From the NCBI GenBank assembly GCA_051362555.1, contig CM120642.1, positions 7,068,001 through 7,132,000 on the forward strand: DNA of 64,000 nt. Direction: 5' to 3'. This document shows positions 24,577 to 37,045 of the stretch, piece after piece. Below the pieces are notes generated by a model that saw only the letters and a list, made by a program, of their open reading frames with translations, was not told the origin of the DNA and did no database searches. The stretch is from Lingula anatina. Taxonomy: Eukaryota; Animalia; Brachiopoda. Position 1 is the stretch's first letter. Each line of letters begins with the position of its first letter. Made by a program: the position numbers and the translations under genes.

Positions 24577-26699
24577 GTTATCAAAATGGCTTCGATAGTA
24601 GTGTATGATATATATTACTGTTTATTCTCCTCACAGAGTAGCCGTGATATTGTGACCTAGATGCCCAAAAATTGTCGACTTGTTCACATTGGTGTTCACA
24701 CCTAGGTAAACAAGGATAAACGCACCTGCTTGTAGCTTTTAGCTGGGCTAATAGGTGTAAGAACCGAGTCCTTCTGTACACAATAAACGACTGGTTTGTG
24801 ATCAAAGTTCAGGTATCTGTGAGGTATATACTAACACAGGCAAATGAAACAAATCACCAGCACCGTCTTCAGTGGGTCGAAATAGCGTTTTCGATCGTTG
24901 AGGTAGTATACAAAATGTATATCAAATAGATCTGAATGTCTTCCACGAATTCTGTGCTGAAGTCCCCTGTGTGTAGATGTGGCTTCTTAAGCTTGTTGAA
25001 TCTGTCCTATAATGCAACACTGACCTATATTTATACACGATTTGCACGCTCGAGGCCACTGGGTTCTCTACGCTGAAATGTTTACCCTTCTTGCATCAGG
25101 TGTGTCGTTATACAGGTATGATGGTAATGATTACTGCACCTCACTGCGGTTAGACTATTAGATAAAAGACCTATTTTGAGACCTATACATACGCCCCAAA
25201 CTCAAAACAAATAATCCACATTGCCCCGCTGCTGATGTCAGTGTCACAAGGACCTCTTGCCTGAAATATTTACGTTGATTACATCAGGGGAGACGTCACA
25301 TATTGAGGTGAAGGTCGCCGGCTAATTTTAGCGATCATTGTTAGTGGGAATGGTTTAGTTCACTGCTAGTTAGGCTAGTGCACTGCATAATATTACCGTG
25401 CTTGAGGCTATAGTACATGAATGTTAATTCTCACTGCTGATTTAATCTGTGATAAAAATATTTGCCAGACCGGGAGCAGGTTTAAATGTGTTAACACCCA
25501 TATGCACTGGTAGATCTATAGTGATGGGGGGGAGGGGGGGGGGAGATGCTGGGGGATGTGGATGGGGGGGAGCTCAATTGAGCATTTTTTTACTTAAAGG
25601 ACTAAATCATCATTTTTAAAATTATGTAAGGTTTTATAAGAAGCTGTCGATGGCAAAAATTACCATTTTGAGGATTTCCAAACCCATGGAGAGTACATTT
25701 AAAGTTTCAGATTCGGCCATGCTAATGTTGGGGCACGGTCTTAAGAAAAGTCAAGTATTAAGAACCAAAATCACCTTTTCCTGAATATCCTGGAAACCTT
25801 TTCCTGGAAAAGGACGCTAATTAAATAGTATTCAGGCATCAGACTCGTCTGCAGAAGTTTTAAATTGTAAACATGACTTAAAATATTTAATTTTCCAGAT
25901 GCGACGCACGTGTGGCTTCTGGGTGTTAAGTCTTAGGAATGATTCAAAGACAGCTAGCGATTGCAATACCTTAAAGAGTTTTGATTGAACAACCTTATCT
26001 CTTTTATGATAACAATAAACTGATTTACATGGAAAGAGTTTACAGTCCGGACGTAATATCTCCACCACCAGATTACCACAATAAGTGATTCCCAGTCCGT
26101 GCTTTCAAGTTATCAGTTTAGTAAATTTGACAATACTCGAAATGACCTTCAGAGCCCAGCCTCTTCTATGCATGACCCATAAGTTCGAAGTCCGTTTTCA
26201 GATACAATTTAAGTCTTTCATGAATTCAGATGATGCAATAAAGAGTTATAACAAAGGCAAAGCACACAAAGAAAGGGTTAAGATACTATAGAAAATAATC
26301 AATCAAACTGATATTGATCATTTATAAATTTTACATGTCTTACGCAAATGAAAATCGTTTTACGTCACTTATTCAGGACCCAATGACATATGTTTCCTCT
26401 CCTCCTCACAATAATAATGAGAATTAAATTACCTTGCAAACATTCCCCACAGAATGCGCACCTAGTCGGAAGCTGAGATGGACTGATCTTTGTAAACGGC
26501 GAGCATAAACTAAAAAAAGAATTGGTCGAAGAAGAGTCAGGCTTCCAATAACCGTCTAATTTTGAGAGGAGCGGCGCTTGTAGTTTTTGTTCTCGCTGCC
26601 TCACTGCAGGGAAAATATTTAGTCTTAAATTTTGTTTATATCTTTTTCGTTAGTCAATTTTTTAAGGAAACAATTTGTAGGTTACAAACAAAATTCATC

Positions 26700-27010
26700 T
26701 TCACCTCCGCCACGAAGGTTATGTTTTCATCCGTTTGTCTGTTCGTCACCTGCCTTACTCAAAAAGATATATATGGATTTTGATCAAATGAACAAATAAA
26801 TAAGATGGGTCAGAAATGGGCTAACTTAAAAGTGATTCGATTTTGTAGATGATCCATGAATCAATAAATGAGTAATTATTACTTCATTTTTTGTCTTGGC
26901 GGAGGTTTGCACTTTCTAAGTGCTCTTCTAGTCGCATTTTTTATTGTTACCCCCGCCAAAGAGGTTATGTTTTTATCTCCGTTTGTCTGTCTGTCTGTTT
27001 GTCACCAGCC
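26700..27010. mobile_element. HINE-like repeat fragments (opposite orientation to 11520-11752)
   Basis: ACCTCCGCCA..GGTTATGTTTTCATCCGTTTGTCTG..TTGGCGGAGGTTTGCACT..TTCTAG followed by a second partial start at ~26948. Confidence 0.55.
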
Positions 27011-27997
27011 TCGGTATGTATGTTATGTGAAATAATGTACTGCCACCCTCTCTCGTTATAGACGCCTTACTGACGTACGAGGTCATACCGTGTACCAGGG
27101 TGGCAGATATTATGGGGGGAAAAGTGAAAAAAACAGAGATAGTAAAATAACAGTCTATTTATTTAAAGGCATATCTGTGAATATCCTGTGAAAAGTCAAT
27201 ATGTGGCCCTGGTAGAGGGTAATACCGTGACAGTGTATTATCTCACACATAACTTGACTCTATACATATGATTTCATTAATAATTAATCAATTAATAATA
27301 ATGAGAATTAAGTTACCTTGGCGGAGATTTGTGCTCCCTGTGTGCTTTTTGCTACAAATGTTAAACAAATGTTCATTTAGCATACATGTAGCAGCTAAAT
27401 GTGAAGCACTATTTTAAGGAGAAGAAATGCCAAAGACAGTGCAGGCGATTTTAGAGAATAAAAACAACAGCATTTACGTTTTTCTAGAGTTTGTTAAAAA
27501 CTAATACTCAGTCATTTTTCCATGCGAAAAGAAGGTACGAAAATTTCCTCATAATAAAGATTGGTTACGCTTGTTTACCGACATATTAATTTTGTCTGGA
27601 TTTATCTGATTTTTTAAAACTTTTAACTAAACCTTGAGCGAGGAGTGATTGTATTGACAAAAATCTTTAGACTCACTCGTGACATTTAGAGAGGCCAAAG
27701 ACATTAATTGTGTGTCAATTATTCTTTTAATCTCTTACACAAATATCACAAAATCGACTTCACCAAATTAGGCCATAAGTAAGCTCAGCACCTGTGCTAT
27801 TATTTCATTTGCACATTTGGGGAGAAGAAAGCCAAGATTCTTACCTCGTTATTGCGAATCCAACCCCGTTGTATTATCATACTGCTAACATAAGCTTTAT
27901 ACGCTCTAAAAATAAAGCCTCTATGCCGAAACGTGTTAATGCGGCCCCATTTTTCACTAAAGAATGGATATAAACAAAATGGGCTTTGTCAAATTAC

Positions 27998-28621
27998 TCA
28001 TTCTTTATATTTAAACAGTTTGGCACAGAGAATCCCGTTGAACCTTTTCATAGCAGCATGGCATGCCCCCAATATGAGGGAACTGTCTCTGTTCAGGAGC
28101 GGTTTCCATAGATATTCCTCTGTCATGTGGACCACTTCCTCCCCTTCACCCGTTGCTTTTTTCCTCAGCAAAATCGACACTAATGAGGGCAAAGTAAAGC
28201 TACGGCTTCCCAGGGTAAATTTTACGCACATATCCACGTACATTTCATTTTGTCCATGAACGGTCTGAAATTTCTCTATTGTCTGTGTTCCTGAGCTAGC
28301 TGTCAGCGATTTCTTCATGATCGGAATCACGCACGACATCTCGCGTTTCCCGTAAAACTTCACGACGGGGTCCTCAAATATGACGTCATCACTGACATGT
28401 TTCAAGCTATCAAGAGTGGCGGTGGCGGCGTAAACTTCCTGTATGCCTTTGAGAAGTTCTTCTCTGTTTTTCACCACTGTCTCTCTCTCACTCTCGCTGA
28501 CATCCCAATTAGGCGCAGGCAGGGCCTTCTTCGGGGCATATTTGAGGTGATACAGGAGATGTGACGTCACACCTGTATAAGCGAGGATTGGTGTCCCAAT
28601 TAATAGGCTTACGACTTTCAT
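27998..28621 (-). CDS. NTF2/SnoaL-like fold protein, copy 2 (207 aa; ATG at 28621)
   Basis: Paralog of 23965-24576 with a 4-aa insertion (GTQT); MKVVSLL aligns with MGVVSLL, so the longer ORF-track start is unlikely. Confidence 0.8.
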   Translation of the reverse strand: MKVVSLLIGTPILAYTGVTSHLLYHLKYAPKKALPAPNWDVSESERETVVKNREELLKGIQEVYAATATLDSLKHVSDDVIFEDPVVKFYGKREMSCVIPIMKKSLTASSGTQTIEKFQTVHGQNEMYVDMCVKFTLGSRSFTLPSLVSILLRKKATGEGEEVVHMTEEYLWKPLLNRDSSLILGACHAAMKRFNGILCAKLFKYKE

Positions 28622-30143
28622 GTTGCCTGATAGTAATATAATATAATGTAATAAAATAATTTGTATACTGCTCACAGCGTTGTCTTCATTGTGTTACCTA
28701 GATCCCTATAAGTTGTTCACATTGGCGTTGACAGCTAGATAAACATGGGTTTAAACGCCCGCACGTCGTTGTTTTTTTAGATCCTTTTAGATCTGTGCAA
28801 AAGGACGATCCATTTGTGTTCCAAGACGTTGAAGTTCAGGTATATGTCTGTGTATGTCAAATTTGTGTTCCGAGTTCAAGTATATGTCTGTAATATTATA
28901 TCCCCCACGAATATTGCGTTGAAAATCCTCTACGTGCATGTGTGCTTGTAGCTTCTTAAGCTTGGTGAATCTGTCCTTTAATGCACCTATTTTTATTCAC
29001 GCTTATTCACGCTCTACATATTCGAGGTCACGGGGTTCTTTTCGCCTGCTTCCATCAGGTGTCACAGTGTCGTTATATTACAGATATTATATGTTTCCTC
29101 ATTGCAGCGTGACTAATAGATAACAAGTCTTTCTTTACACGTGTATATATGCCCCAACCTCAAAATAAATAATCCACATTACCCCGCTGTTTATGTCACA
29201 AAATCTTTTGCCAAAAAAAATGGACTTTTACCAGGGGAGACGCCATATATTAAGGTCAAAATTGCCGGCTAATTATAGCGGTCACTTTTAGTACCTATTG
29301 CCTAGTCCCCTGCTGATGATAGGACCCGCATGAAGTAAGTGACTGTTCTCACCAATGATTTAACTTTTGATGAAATATTTATGAGGCTGGGAGCAATTTT
29401 TAAAACATCCTTCTGGTATGTCACGGATTTTTTGTAGGTGGGATAAGGGGAGGGGGGGTCGCGAGTGGGGGGGCTCAGTTGAGCATATTTTTGTATCGTT
29501 TCGCTTCTTATACGCACTGCTTAATTCTGAAGCTAAGCGGGAAGGTCCGTGGGTCACTGTGCCCCACCCCCTCCCCTCACAACACCCCACCCCCACGCCC
29601 CGGCTCCGACATTGCTTCTATGGTTCTTGTTAGTTTACAGACGCGCTATTTTGAAGCGAGACATTTAGATATCATTAAGATCATTGCTCTTCATGTTTGA
29701 AAGTATTCTACATGAAGAAGCGTTCTATCTTTTTTTATTTTAGTATCTTAGATGTCTGACACTCTTTTTTGTCATCTCAAACAAAAACAAAAAACAAACA
29801 AACAAACAAACAAAAAAAAAAAAAAAACGAAAGAGGGAAAGGCGACACTGGAAATTTGTTGCTTAATCAATTCGTCGTCTCGTAATATACGCAAAACTTC
29901 GAGACATAATTACATATGTTTCCTTTCCTCTTGACAAGGGTACAAATATTCCCTACGGAATGCGCGCCCAGTCACGTGCGGAGGTGAGCTGATCTTTTTA
30001 AACAGCGAGCATAAACTACATCGGTTGAAAAAGGGCCATAAATTAGTTAATTAGTTAATTAATGTTATTCATTATTTTAAAGTTAAACAATCTCAACCTT
30101 TTCACAATACGTGCATGCGTGAATCTCGTAAAAGAAACAGATT

Positions 30144-30180
30144 GTGACGTCACTGACCCGTGTCGCCGTTGCCTAGAAAC
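30144..30180 (+). promoter_or_regulatory. CRE palindrome plus RFX X-box-like motif upstream of the kinase gene
   Basis: GTGACGTCAC at 30144-30153 and GTTGCCTAGAAAC at 30168-30180, ~75-110 bp before the first in-frame ATG. Confidence 0.45.
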
Positions 30181-30255
30181 GTAAAAGCGATCTCAGACAT
30201 ACTGCGGTGCAGGCGAAAAGTGCAGAGATTTTTGTTTTACTAAAACGTAGCAGAA

Positions 30256-33200
30256 ATGATAATAACATCACACATGGCCTTTTTAGGCATGAAATACATT
30301 TACAACTATATCTTTCAAAGAGAAACGTTTGAACTAGAATCCGAGGTAAGTTAAGGAATAAAAAGGGAGAGTCAAGCGGTCGGTGTTGCACAAATCCGTG
30401 TAAGAATCTTTGCCAGGATGAGTTCTTTCATTGTCAGCTTCTTGCTGACAATAAGCAAAATTTTATTTGCATTATAGCACTGTGGAACTAATTTACACGT
30501 ACAGTGTAATATGATATAGTCTTCAAACAAAAAATAATCGAGAATAAGTAATGTAAAAAAAGACGAAACTGCCAGTAAATTTTAATAAATTTAAACTGAC
30601 TCAAAGAGATTTTATTTCAGTGTTTCGAATTTCAGAAGTATGATTAATGATTAATTATCTTTTAAATTATATAAAGGTTCGGGCTCTTTTCCAAAAGGAA
30701 GACACGATGCTTCCGATTTTAGGACATGGAAGTTTCGGCACAGTGTACAAGGTATTGTGATGTTAATAAAAGTTATGTTCCGGTAGTAGTAACAGAGGCA
30801 TAAGAAGGATGAGTAATACTTGCAGTAATGGCAGTTTTAATTGTGTCAGCAGTAATGGTTATAGTTACAGCAAGCATTTAGTCCCATAAGCAGAGGGAAT
30901 TTTGGTTTAAGGCACATAGCATACCTTGCAATTTTAACACTTTTCCATTAGTCACCAATGTATACTCTATCCAAAACTGTTTTCAGAATTACAATCCATA
31001 CCCCCCCCCCCCCCCTTTTCAGTTTATTCTTATTTTGGGTCACTCTCCTAATGGAGATGGAGGCTGATAAATTTCACTTGCAAGGGTAAAAATACAAATG
31101 CAGAGCTCGAGAATGGGCTTAAAGATGGTAACCGAGTGATTTTTTTATACAGGGCATACTTTACTGATCAAGGAGAAATTGCTATAATTTCCAGAAAACC
31201 TCTATTTTTGCTATGTAAGAGACTATTGCGCAATGTTTGCATTAAAGTAAATTTATGACATCGCATTTAACATTCGAAATATTTCATATTTAGCTCAGAA
31301 ACAACCTGGCTATTAAAGTGCCAAAATGCATGGAGTACGGTTACCTAATCCAGGAAGAAGTTACCTTTATGAAGCTGGCCAACAGCGACTTTATTTTGGG
31401 GTATTTAAACAGTTATATGTTATAATTCAGGTATGAATTGATTAGGATTTTTTACATGTTTTCAACCTTTGTAAAATAGTTTTTGATGTTGTCGATGCGA
31501 ATCTTTAGATATTCGATGCGAGTTGACGTTATGTGTTTGAGAGTCGGTACGAACCTTTAAAATCAGATCACAAAGAACCATAGAGTAACAATTTTAATTT
31601 GTTAAAATATTTGGTTCCAGGTTTGTCCACTCTTTTGATGTGAACCCAGGTTTTCCGGTCTTGATTTCTGAATTTTGCCCGATGGATCTTGATGCACTAC
31701 AAGACTACTGCGAAAAAAATTTGTAAGTCGCTATTTCTTTCTTTAATAACGCAGTTTTCTTTCATATTCTTCTACTGTGTTTTAGTTTTCTCTTTTTTTG
31801 TGGCTTAGATATTTACCTTTTATTGTTCTAAGATTTCATGCAATTTTTCCGAAAATTGACAAAAATACAAATTACTTACATATTTGTTTTAATCCCCTTT
31901 TTAGTAACGCAGTTCCTCCTCGGATGGTAAAATTTATTGCCACATACGTGTGTATGGCGATTGACCATTTACACCGACTGAATATGGCTCATTTTGACCT
32001 CAAAACTAGTAATGTTTTGATCAGTCTGCAAGGGATCCCCAAACTGGTGAGATGTTTACTGGCAATGCTTTTGGTTTGATAAAGTACAAGTATGAAACAT
32101 TGCAGACGTTATTTGGTTATTTTATTATAGCTTTTTCTATCTCTATATCTCCACGTCATAGATCACATTTTTAGTTAATTTGCTCTTTGGTCAAACCAAG
32201 ACCGATAGAACTCGTTACTCAATTTTCCTAGCCTGAAAAAGGAAGGCTATTTATCTTTTTCATTCGTTTAAATACATTTAATAATTTTAAATAAATTGAT
32301 TTATTTCAGTTTCATAATTTTCAGATAAATGTTCAGTTTAAATACATTAAATACATTAAATAAATTGATTTCTTTCTAACAGTGTGACCTTGGATCGGCT
32401 CACCCGTTGACTGAGGATGGGGAAAGCATTCGGGGGCCCAGATTTGTGAATTTTACCCTGCTTAAAAACTTGACCCCTGAGGTGCTAGCTGGCACCTCGG
32501 CCTCTTGGAGGGTAGATTATTATGCGCTGGGTGTTATGTTGTTTGAATTACTCGAGGGGAGGTAAGATAAGGGATATGTATAAAGTAAGCATGATCCAGA
32601 AACGTATCTAAATCAAAGAAAGAAACAACGGGCCGAAATTACTCCCGTTAACTACAAGTTAACTGAACAAGAAATTAGAGTATATGTAATCCTTTTTTTT
32701 AATAAAGCTTTTCATTTTGAGGAAATGTGCTTAATTTTTAAAATAGGAATTATTCCGCCTAAATTCCTATTGGAATGTTGCATATCAATGATTGCCTATC
32801 ACCATGATGATTGCTAATAGCATTCCTTCGATGTATTCAGACATCCGCTGTGGATTGAAGTTCCCAGCATTCGTGAAGCCACTCGAAAAATCATCCATGG
32901 TACCATTATCTACACAGACACGGATTATGACTTCAGGGACCTTATTGACAACCTGGTCTGGTATGCATTTCGATAATATGACTGATTGTTATTCTTGTTA
33001 TGTTAATCTATATATCTAAACATTGGTTTATAGCTATGAAATACTACATATATTAACCCGGTACGTGCATCGTTCTGTTTAATATTTATTATATTTAGTC
33101 ATTTAAATCATGTATATAGTTTTCTACAGTTTATACATGTTGTATATATACACCACAGTATTAATGCGTTTTTCCTAATTCAATTTCAGTGACTTAGATC

Positions 33201-33976
33201 AAAGATTGGAGAGCACTGAAGATACCTTTAATCATGAGTAAGAATCATTAAAATTTTTTTCACTCAAACATTTATGAGAGCTTCATTATCATGCGCCAAA
33301 CTTTTAAATACGCATCAGTTATTTCTTGCTAATTTTGAACTTAAATCTTTCAAATCTTTTTTAATCCTTTATTTCATTCTTACATTCATTCATTTATTTA
33401 TTTATTTATTTATTTATTTACTTGCTGAAGTTGGCTTTCTGACTACTACGTCAATGACTTTCCAGCCGACTCGGTCACTTCTCCCATTTTCAACATCGCT
33501 CAGGTATGGGGGTCAGTTGAACAGAATAAATCTGCTTTTATACGGCTTAAAGCAGAGTACAATATTTTACACTGTAAATGCAAAAGCAAATTTAATCTCA
33601 TTTAATTTGCTTTTGTATTTTACACGGTTAATACAAAAGCAAATTAAATGAGCTTGACTTTGGGCAGCCACAATCTATTAATATTAGTAGAAAAAATAAC
33701 GAAATGTCAACGGCACGGAATGTGACGGACAAAAATATACACTGTGGAACACAAGATGCACTGTTGTTATTACATATTTGAATAATGTCCTCTTTCTAAC
33801 TTATTATTTTCTGATAACTAAATAGTCATTATCATATTTTTTTGCCTGAATAGGAAGTTATGGCCAACAATGAGTTAGTGTCGGCACCTCTAAACGCACG
33901 CAGCAGCGTACACAATGATGTCGACTCCGAGTTGGCGAACATTTTGGCCTTTTACAACGAAGCCAGCGATGGTTAG
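30256..33976 (+). CDS. Divergent Ser/Thr protein kinase (AGC-like, non-RD), 10 coding exons, ~341-352 aa
   Basis: Exons 30256/30289-30345, 30677-30751 (ILGHGSFGTVYK), 31294-31400 (LAIK..QEEV), 31621-31722, 31905-32046 (HFDLKTSNVL), 32383-32561 (CDLGSA..LTPEVL..VDYYALGVMLFELLEG), 32841-32960, 33190-33237, 33431-33503, 33854-33976; all GT-AG, continuous frame, no stops. Confidence 0.88.
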
Positions 33977-34780
33977 GAGACTGCAGTCATCTGACAAATT
34001 TGTTCATTTTTACTTATTTTTCGACACTATTTGTCAAATACCTAATATATTTATGTAAACAGTTATGATACAGAATATCCCCATTTTTATCAGCAGTATA
34101 CAGGGGCCTTCAGCTAACGTCTTCACAACTTAAAGTCGGTGATATCTAGTAATATCTTATTTCCCGCGTTTTATCTGTATTAAATGGAATTTGAGAAAAG
34201 ACAAATAATCAGAGATACAAAAGTCACTGTAAATAATTTATTTATTTATTTGTAGCAAAATAAATGTTTATATAATTTCCTTTTAAATTTCTTCTTGCGT
34301 CGTTTCTCTGTCAACTCTTAACATTAAAATTTCCACCTATATCTATTTATATTAAATAAGTGACAATTAAATAGTAACACTGTTACTTTAACGTCTAATA
34401 ATAATGCTATTGACATGACTGTTCTAAAATGTCACCCACAAGCATCTTAAGTCTGTCAAGCACATTTTCGAACCACACCGTCGCAACTAGCACAATCTCC
34501 TCCAACACAATCGAAGGCAACAACTCAACACAACGTAGGCCTACGTGCAGCACAGTTTTACCTAGTTCAGACAATTGTAAGTTGATGTCTGTCTATGGCT
34601 TTATATGATGCGACCCTTTTCGTCTCCTTTTATGACGTCCATGTCTTCTTTAAAAAGTCCATTAAATTTGGTTTGTTGACCTTGTACCCTTCCCTTTCAT
34701 ACAGTATAGTAACCGTTGACAAGCCCGGACGAAATCCTTTATTATTATTTCAATTGCATTGTGCTCTAGAAAAAATGTGA

Positions 34781-35099
34781 TGTTACGGTTTTGGCCCGTC
34801 TTAGCTGTTATGCACATCGGTGGAGATAGCGTTTTACTTTTTTGACTAGAGCACGCGCTTATCATTGTTATGTTCTGATCATTAAAAGTCACTAATTCCC
34901 GCAATGAGGTAAGACTTTATGAATCATTTAGTAATTTAAACAGTTAATAAGAACTTTATAAGTTGTAATTGTAACATAATTTAAGGATAATTTCTTAATT
35001 TGATGTATTTTGTTCATTTCAGTTTCTAAGTGACAATTTCAATGACAAGCAAATAAAATAGATGTGAAAAAGACTAAAGAAGTTTGCTTATTCGTAACA
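34781..35099 (+). repeat. 5' LTR
   Basis: TGTTACGG...TTCGTAACA; matches 40624-40942 except base 3. Confidence 0.95.
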
Positions 35100-35185
35100 G
35101 TAGAAACTCAGCGACGATTTAGTGAAAGATAGTAGAAACTGAGCGACGATTTAGTGAAAGACGATCAGCACAGTATTTAGAAAAG

Positions 35186-37045
35186 ATGGCAACACAAGCA
35201 GAAATGATACTTCTCCAAGCAGAACTAAAAAGGGTAGAGTCGGATATAGACCAAACCATGCGTGAGTTAGAAAGGCATTTTAACTTCACAAAGTCAAACA
35301 TAAAAAAGACATCTACGCCCAAAAACACACTAACATCTTGTGCCCCACTCACTTTGTGTGAGCAAACTACGATAGCAAAGGAACTCAGTAAACCAAGAAT
35401 TCAGATTCAAGTATTTGAAGGTGACCCGATCAAATATGTGCTGTTTAAGAGACAGTTCAAAAGTAGAATCATAGAAACATGCGACTCTGACGATGAAAAA
35501 CTGAACTATCTACTGCAATACACCAGAGGTGAGCCTCATGAAATTACGCTAGGATTCGCTCACTTAGATGCATCCATTGGTTTCAAGGCCACATGGAAGG
35601 AATTTGAGAGAAGGTATGGGGACCAAGAACAGATTGCGACATCGTATATAAACCGTGCCTTACAGTGGCCAGTGATAAAGCATGATGATTATGTCGCATT
35701 AGACAAATACGGCATATTTTTAAGGGAATGTGAATATGCAGTAAAAGAAATAGATGCCATTCCAGTCCTCGAGTATCCCGATAACCTTAAGAGGCTAATG
35801 ACGAAGCTGCCGCTCAAATTGCATGATAAATGGAGAAGCATAGTATATGAAAGGAAGGAAAGGGGACAGAAGATAACCTTTCAGGTTTTCGTCGATTTTG
35901 TGCAGAAAGAAGCACGAAAATTGGCTGACCCCATTTTTGGAAAGGTTCCACCGCCACCAGAGAGACCTATACCAGCACCAAGGAGAAGAGTTCCAGCACA
36001 AACAGTACTGTCTAGTACCTCTGCATCCAGCAACGAAAGACACGTTCACAAGTGTATATTATGCAAGGAACAACATAAACTTCACCAATGCCCAGAAATG
36101 CAAGAAAAGACAATGGATGAAAGAATCGGCATTATAAAGAATAATGGGTTATGTTTTGGGTGCCTTGCATATGGTCACAGAAAACATGAATGCAGAAGTA
36201 AAATGAAATGCCAAAAATGTAACTCTTATCATCCAACAATTCTACATGATGACAATTACACTAGTAAAGTAGTGGGAGCAGCTGTATGCCATACCACCCA
36301 CAGTTCTGAGAATGTGCATTCCATGATAGTGCCAGTTGTAGTACACCACGAGGATAATCCAGACATTTATTCAGTGGTATATGCAGTGCTAGACGAGCAG
36401 TCAGATGCCTGCTTTGTAAAGTCCTCGACCCTCAGTGAACTCGAATGTAAAGGGAAGCATGTAGACATCAGACTTTCAACCATACTTGGAGAAAAAACCG
36501 TCCCGAGCAGGAAAGTTAGAGGACTTGTTGTGAGAGGTCTGAACCAAGAGACATTGATTGAGCTCCCAGATACATACTCCAGAGACTCCATTCCAGTTAA
36601 GCGATCACAGATACCCAGACCAGAAACTGCTAAGAAATGGCCACACTTGCACTCAATTGCTGATAAGATTACTCCTTATCGCCCAGACATAGAGGTAGGA
36701 CTGCTGTTGGGAGTAAACTGTATGAAAGCCATTAGAGGTCTGGAATACGTACATGGTAGAGGAGAGGAGCCATATGCATACAGATGTAACCTAGGTTGGG
36801 GTATAGTAGGGCCAGTGGACAAATCAAGACCCATAGATGAGAACAAGAGCTTTGGAACACATGCCTTTGCCTTTAGAACACAAGTGACAGAGATCAGCCC
36901 CGCTGAGGTTTGCAGTCTCTTTGACCAAGGTTTCGACCAACAGAAAGATGAGAAGTTAAGCCTTCAAGACCAGAAGTTCATGAAGATTATGGAGGAAGGC
37001 ATACATTTCAACGAGGGTTTTTATGAGATGCCACTACCATTTTAA
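35186..37045 (+). CDS. BEL/Pao Gag plus aspartic protease (5' part of polyprotein, ended by premature TAA)
   Basis: FEGDPIKY Gag motif, three Cys/His knuckles (CILCKEQH..C, CFGCLAYGH..C, CQKCNSYHPTILH), protease VLDEQSDACF. Confidence 0.92.
   Translation: MATQAEMILLQAELKRVESDIDQTMRELERHFNFTKSNIKKTSTPKNTLTSCAPLTLCEQTTIAKELSKPRIQIQVFEGDPIKYVLFKRQFKSRIIETCDSDDEKLNYLLQYTRGEPHEITLGFAHLDASIGFKATWKEFERRYGDQEQIATSYINRALQWPVIKHDDYVALDKYGIFLRECEYAVKEIDAIPVLEYPDNLKRLMTKLPLKLHDKWRSIVYERKERGQKITFQVFVDFVQKEARKLADPIFGKVPPPPERPIPAPRRRVPAQTVLSSTSASSNERHVHKCILCKEQHKLHQCPEMQEKTMDERIGIIKNNGLCFGCLAYGHRKHECRSKMKCQKCNSYHPTILHDDNYTSKVVGAAVCHTTHSSENVHSMIVPVVVHHEDNPDIYSVVYAVLDEQSDACFVKSSTLSELECKGKHVDIRLSTILGEKTVPSRKVRGLVVRGLNQETLIELPDTYSRDSIPVKRSQIPRPETAKKWPHLHSIADKITPYRPDIEVGLLLGVNCMKAIRGLEYVHGRGEEPYAYRCNLGWGIVGPVDKSRPIDENKSFGTHAFAFRTQVTEISPAEVCSLFDQGFDQQKDEKLSLQDQKFMKIMEEGIHFNEGFYEMPLPF

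Larger units (their letters stand above)
22860..30020. repeat. Old tandem duplication (~22860-26515 vs ~27520-30020) carrying the NTF2-like gene
   Basis: Colinear flanking homology, e.g. TTCCTCA.AATAAAG..TTTTGTCTGGATT (~22890/~27545), CTCAAAA.AAATAATCCACATT.CCCCGCTG (~25200/~29160), CTGATCTTT.TAAAC.GCGAGCATAAACTA (~26483/~29989). Confidence 0.8.

Noticed and set aside
25526-25571. G-run cluster (possible G-quadruplex), with a counterpart at ~29437-29474
   Set aside because: Poly-G runs are scattered through the window and the two copies are poorly conserved; probably repeat-derived.
34662-34904. ORF MRELVTFNDQ..., repeated at 40514-40747
   Set aside because: Antisense translation of the two LTRs.
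35100-35163. 32-bp direct repeat as a CRISPR candidate
   Set aside because: Two adjacent units with no spacer, inside a eukaryotic retrotransposon.
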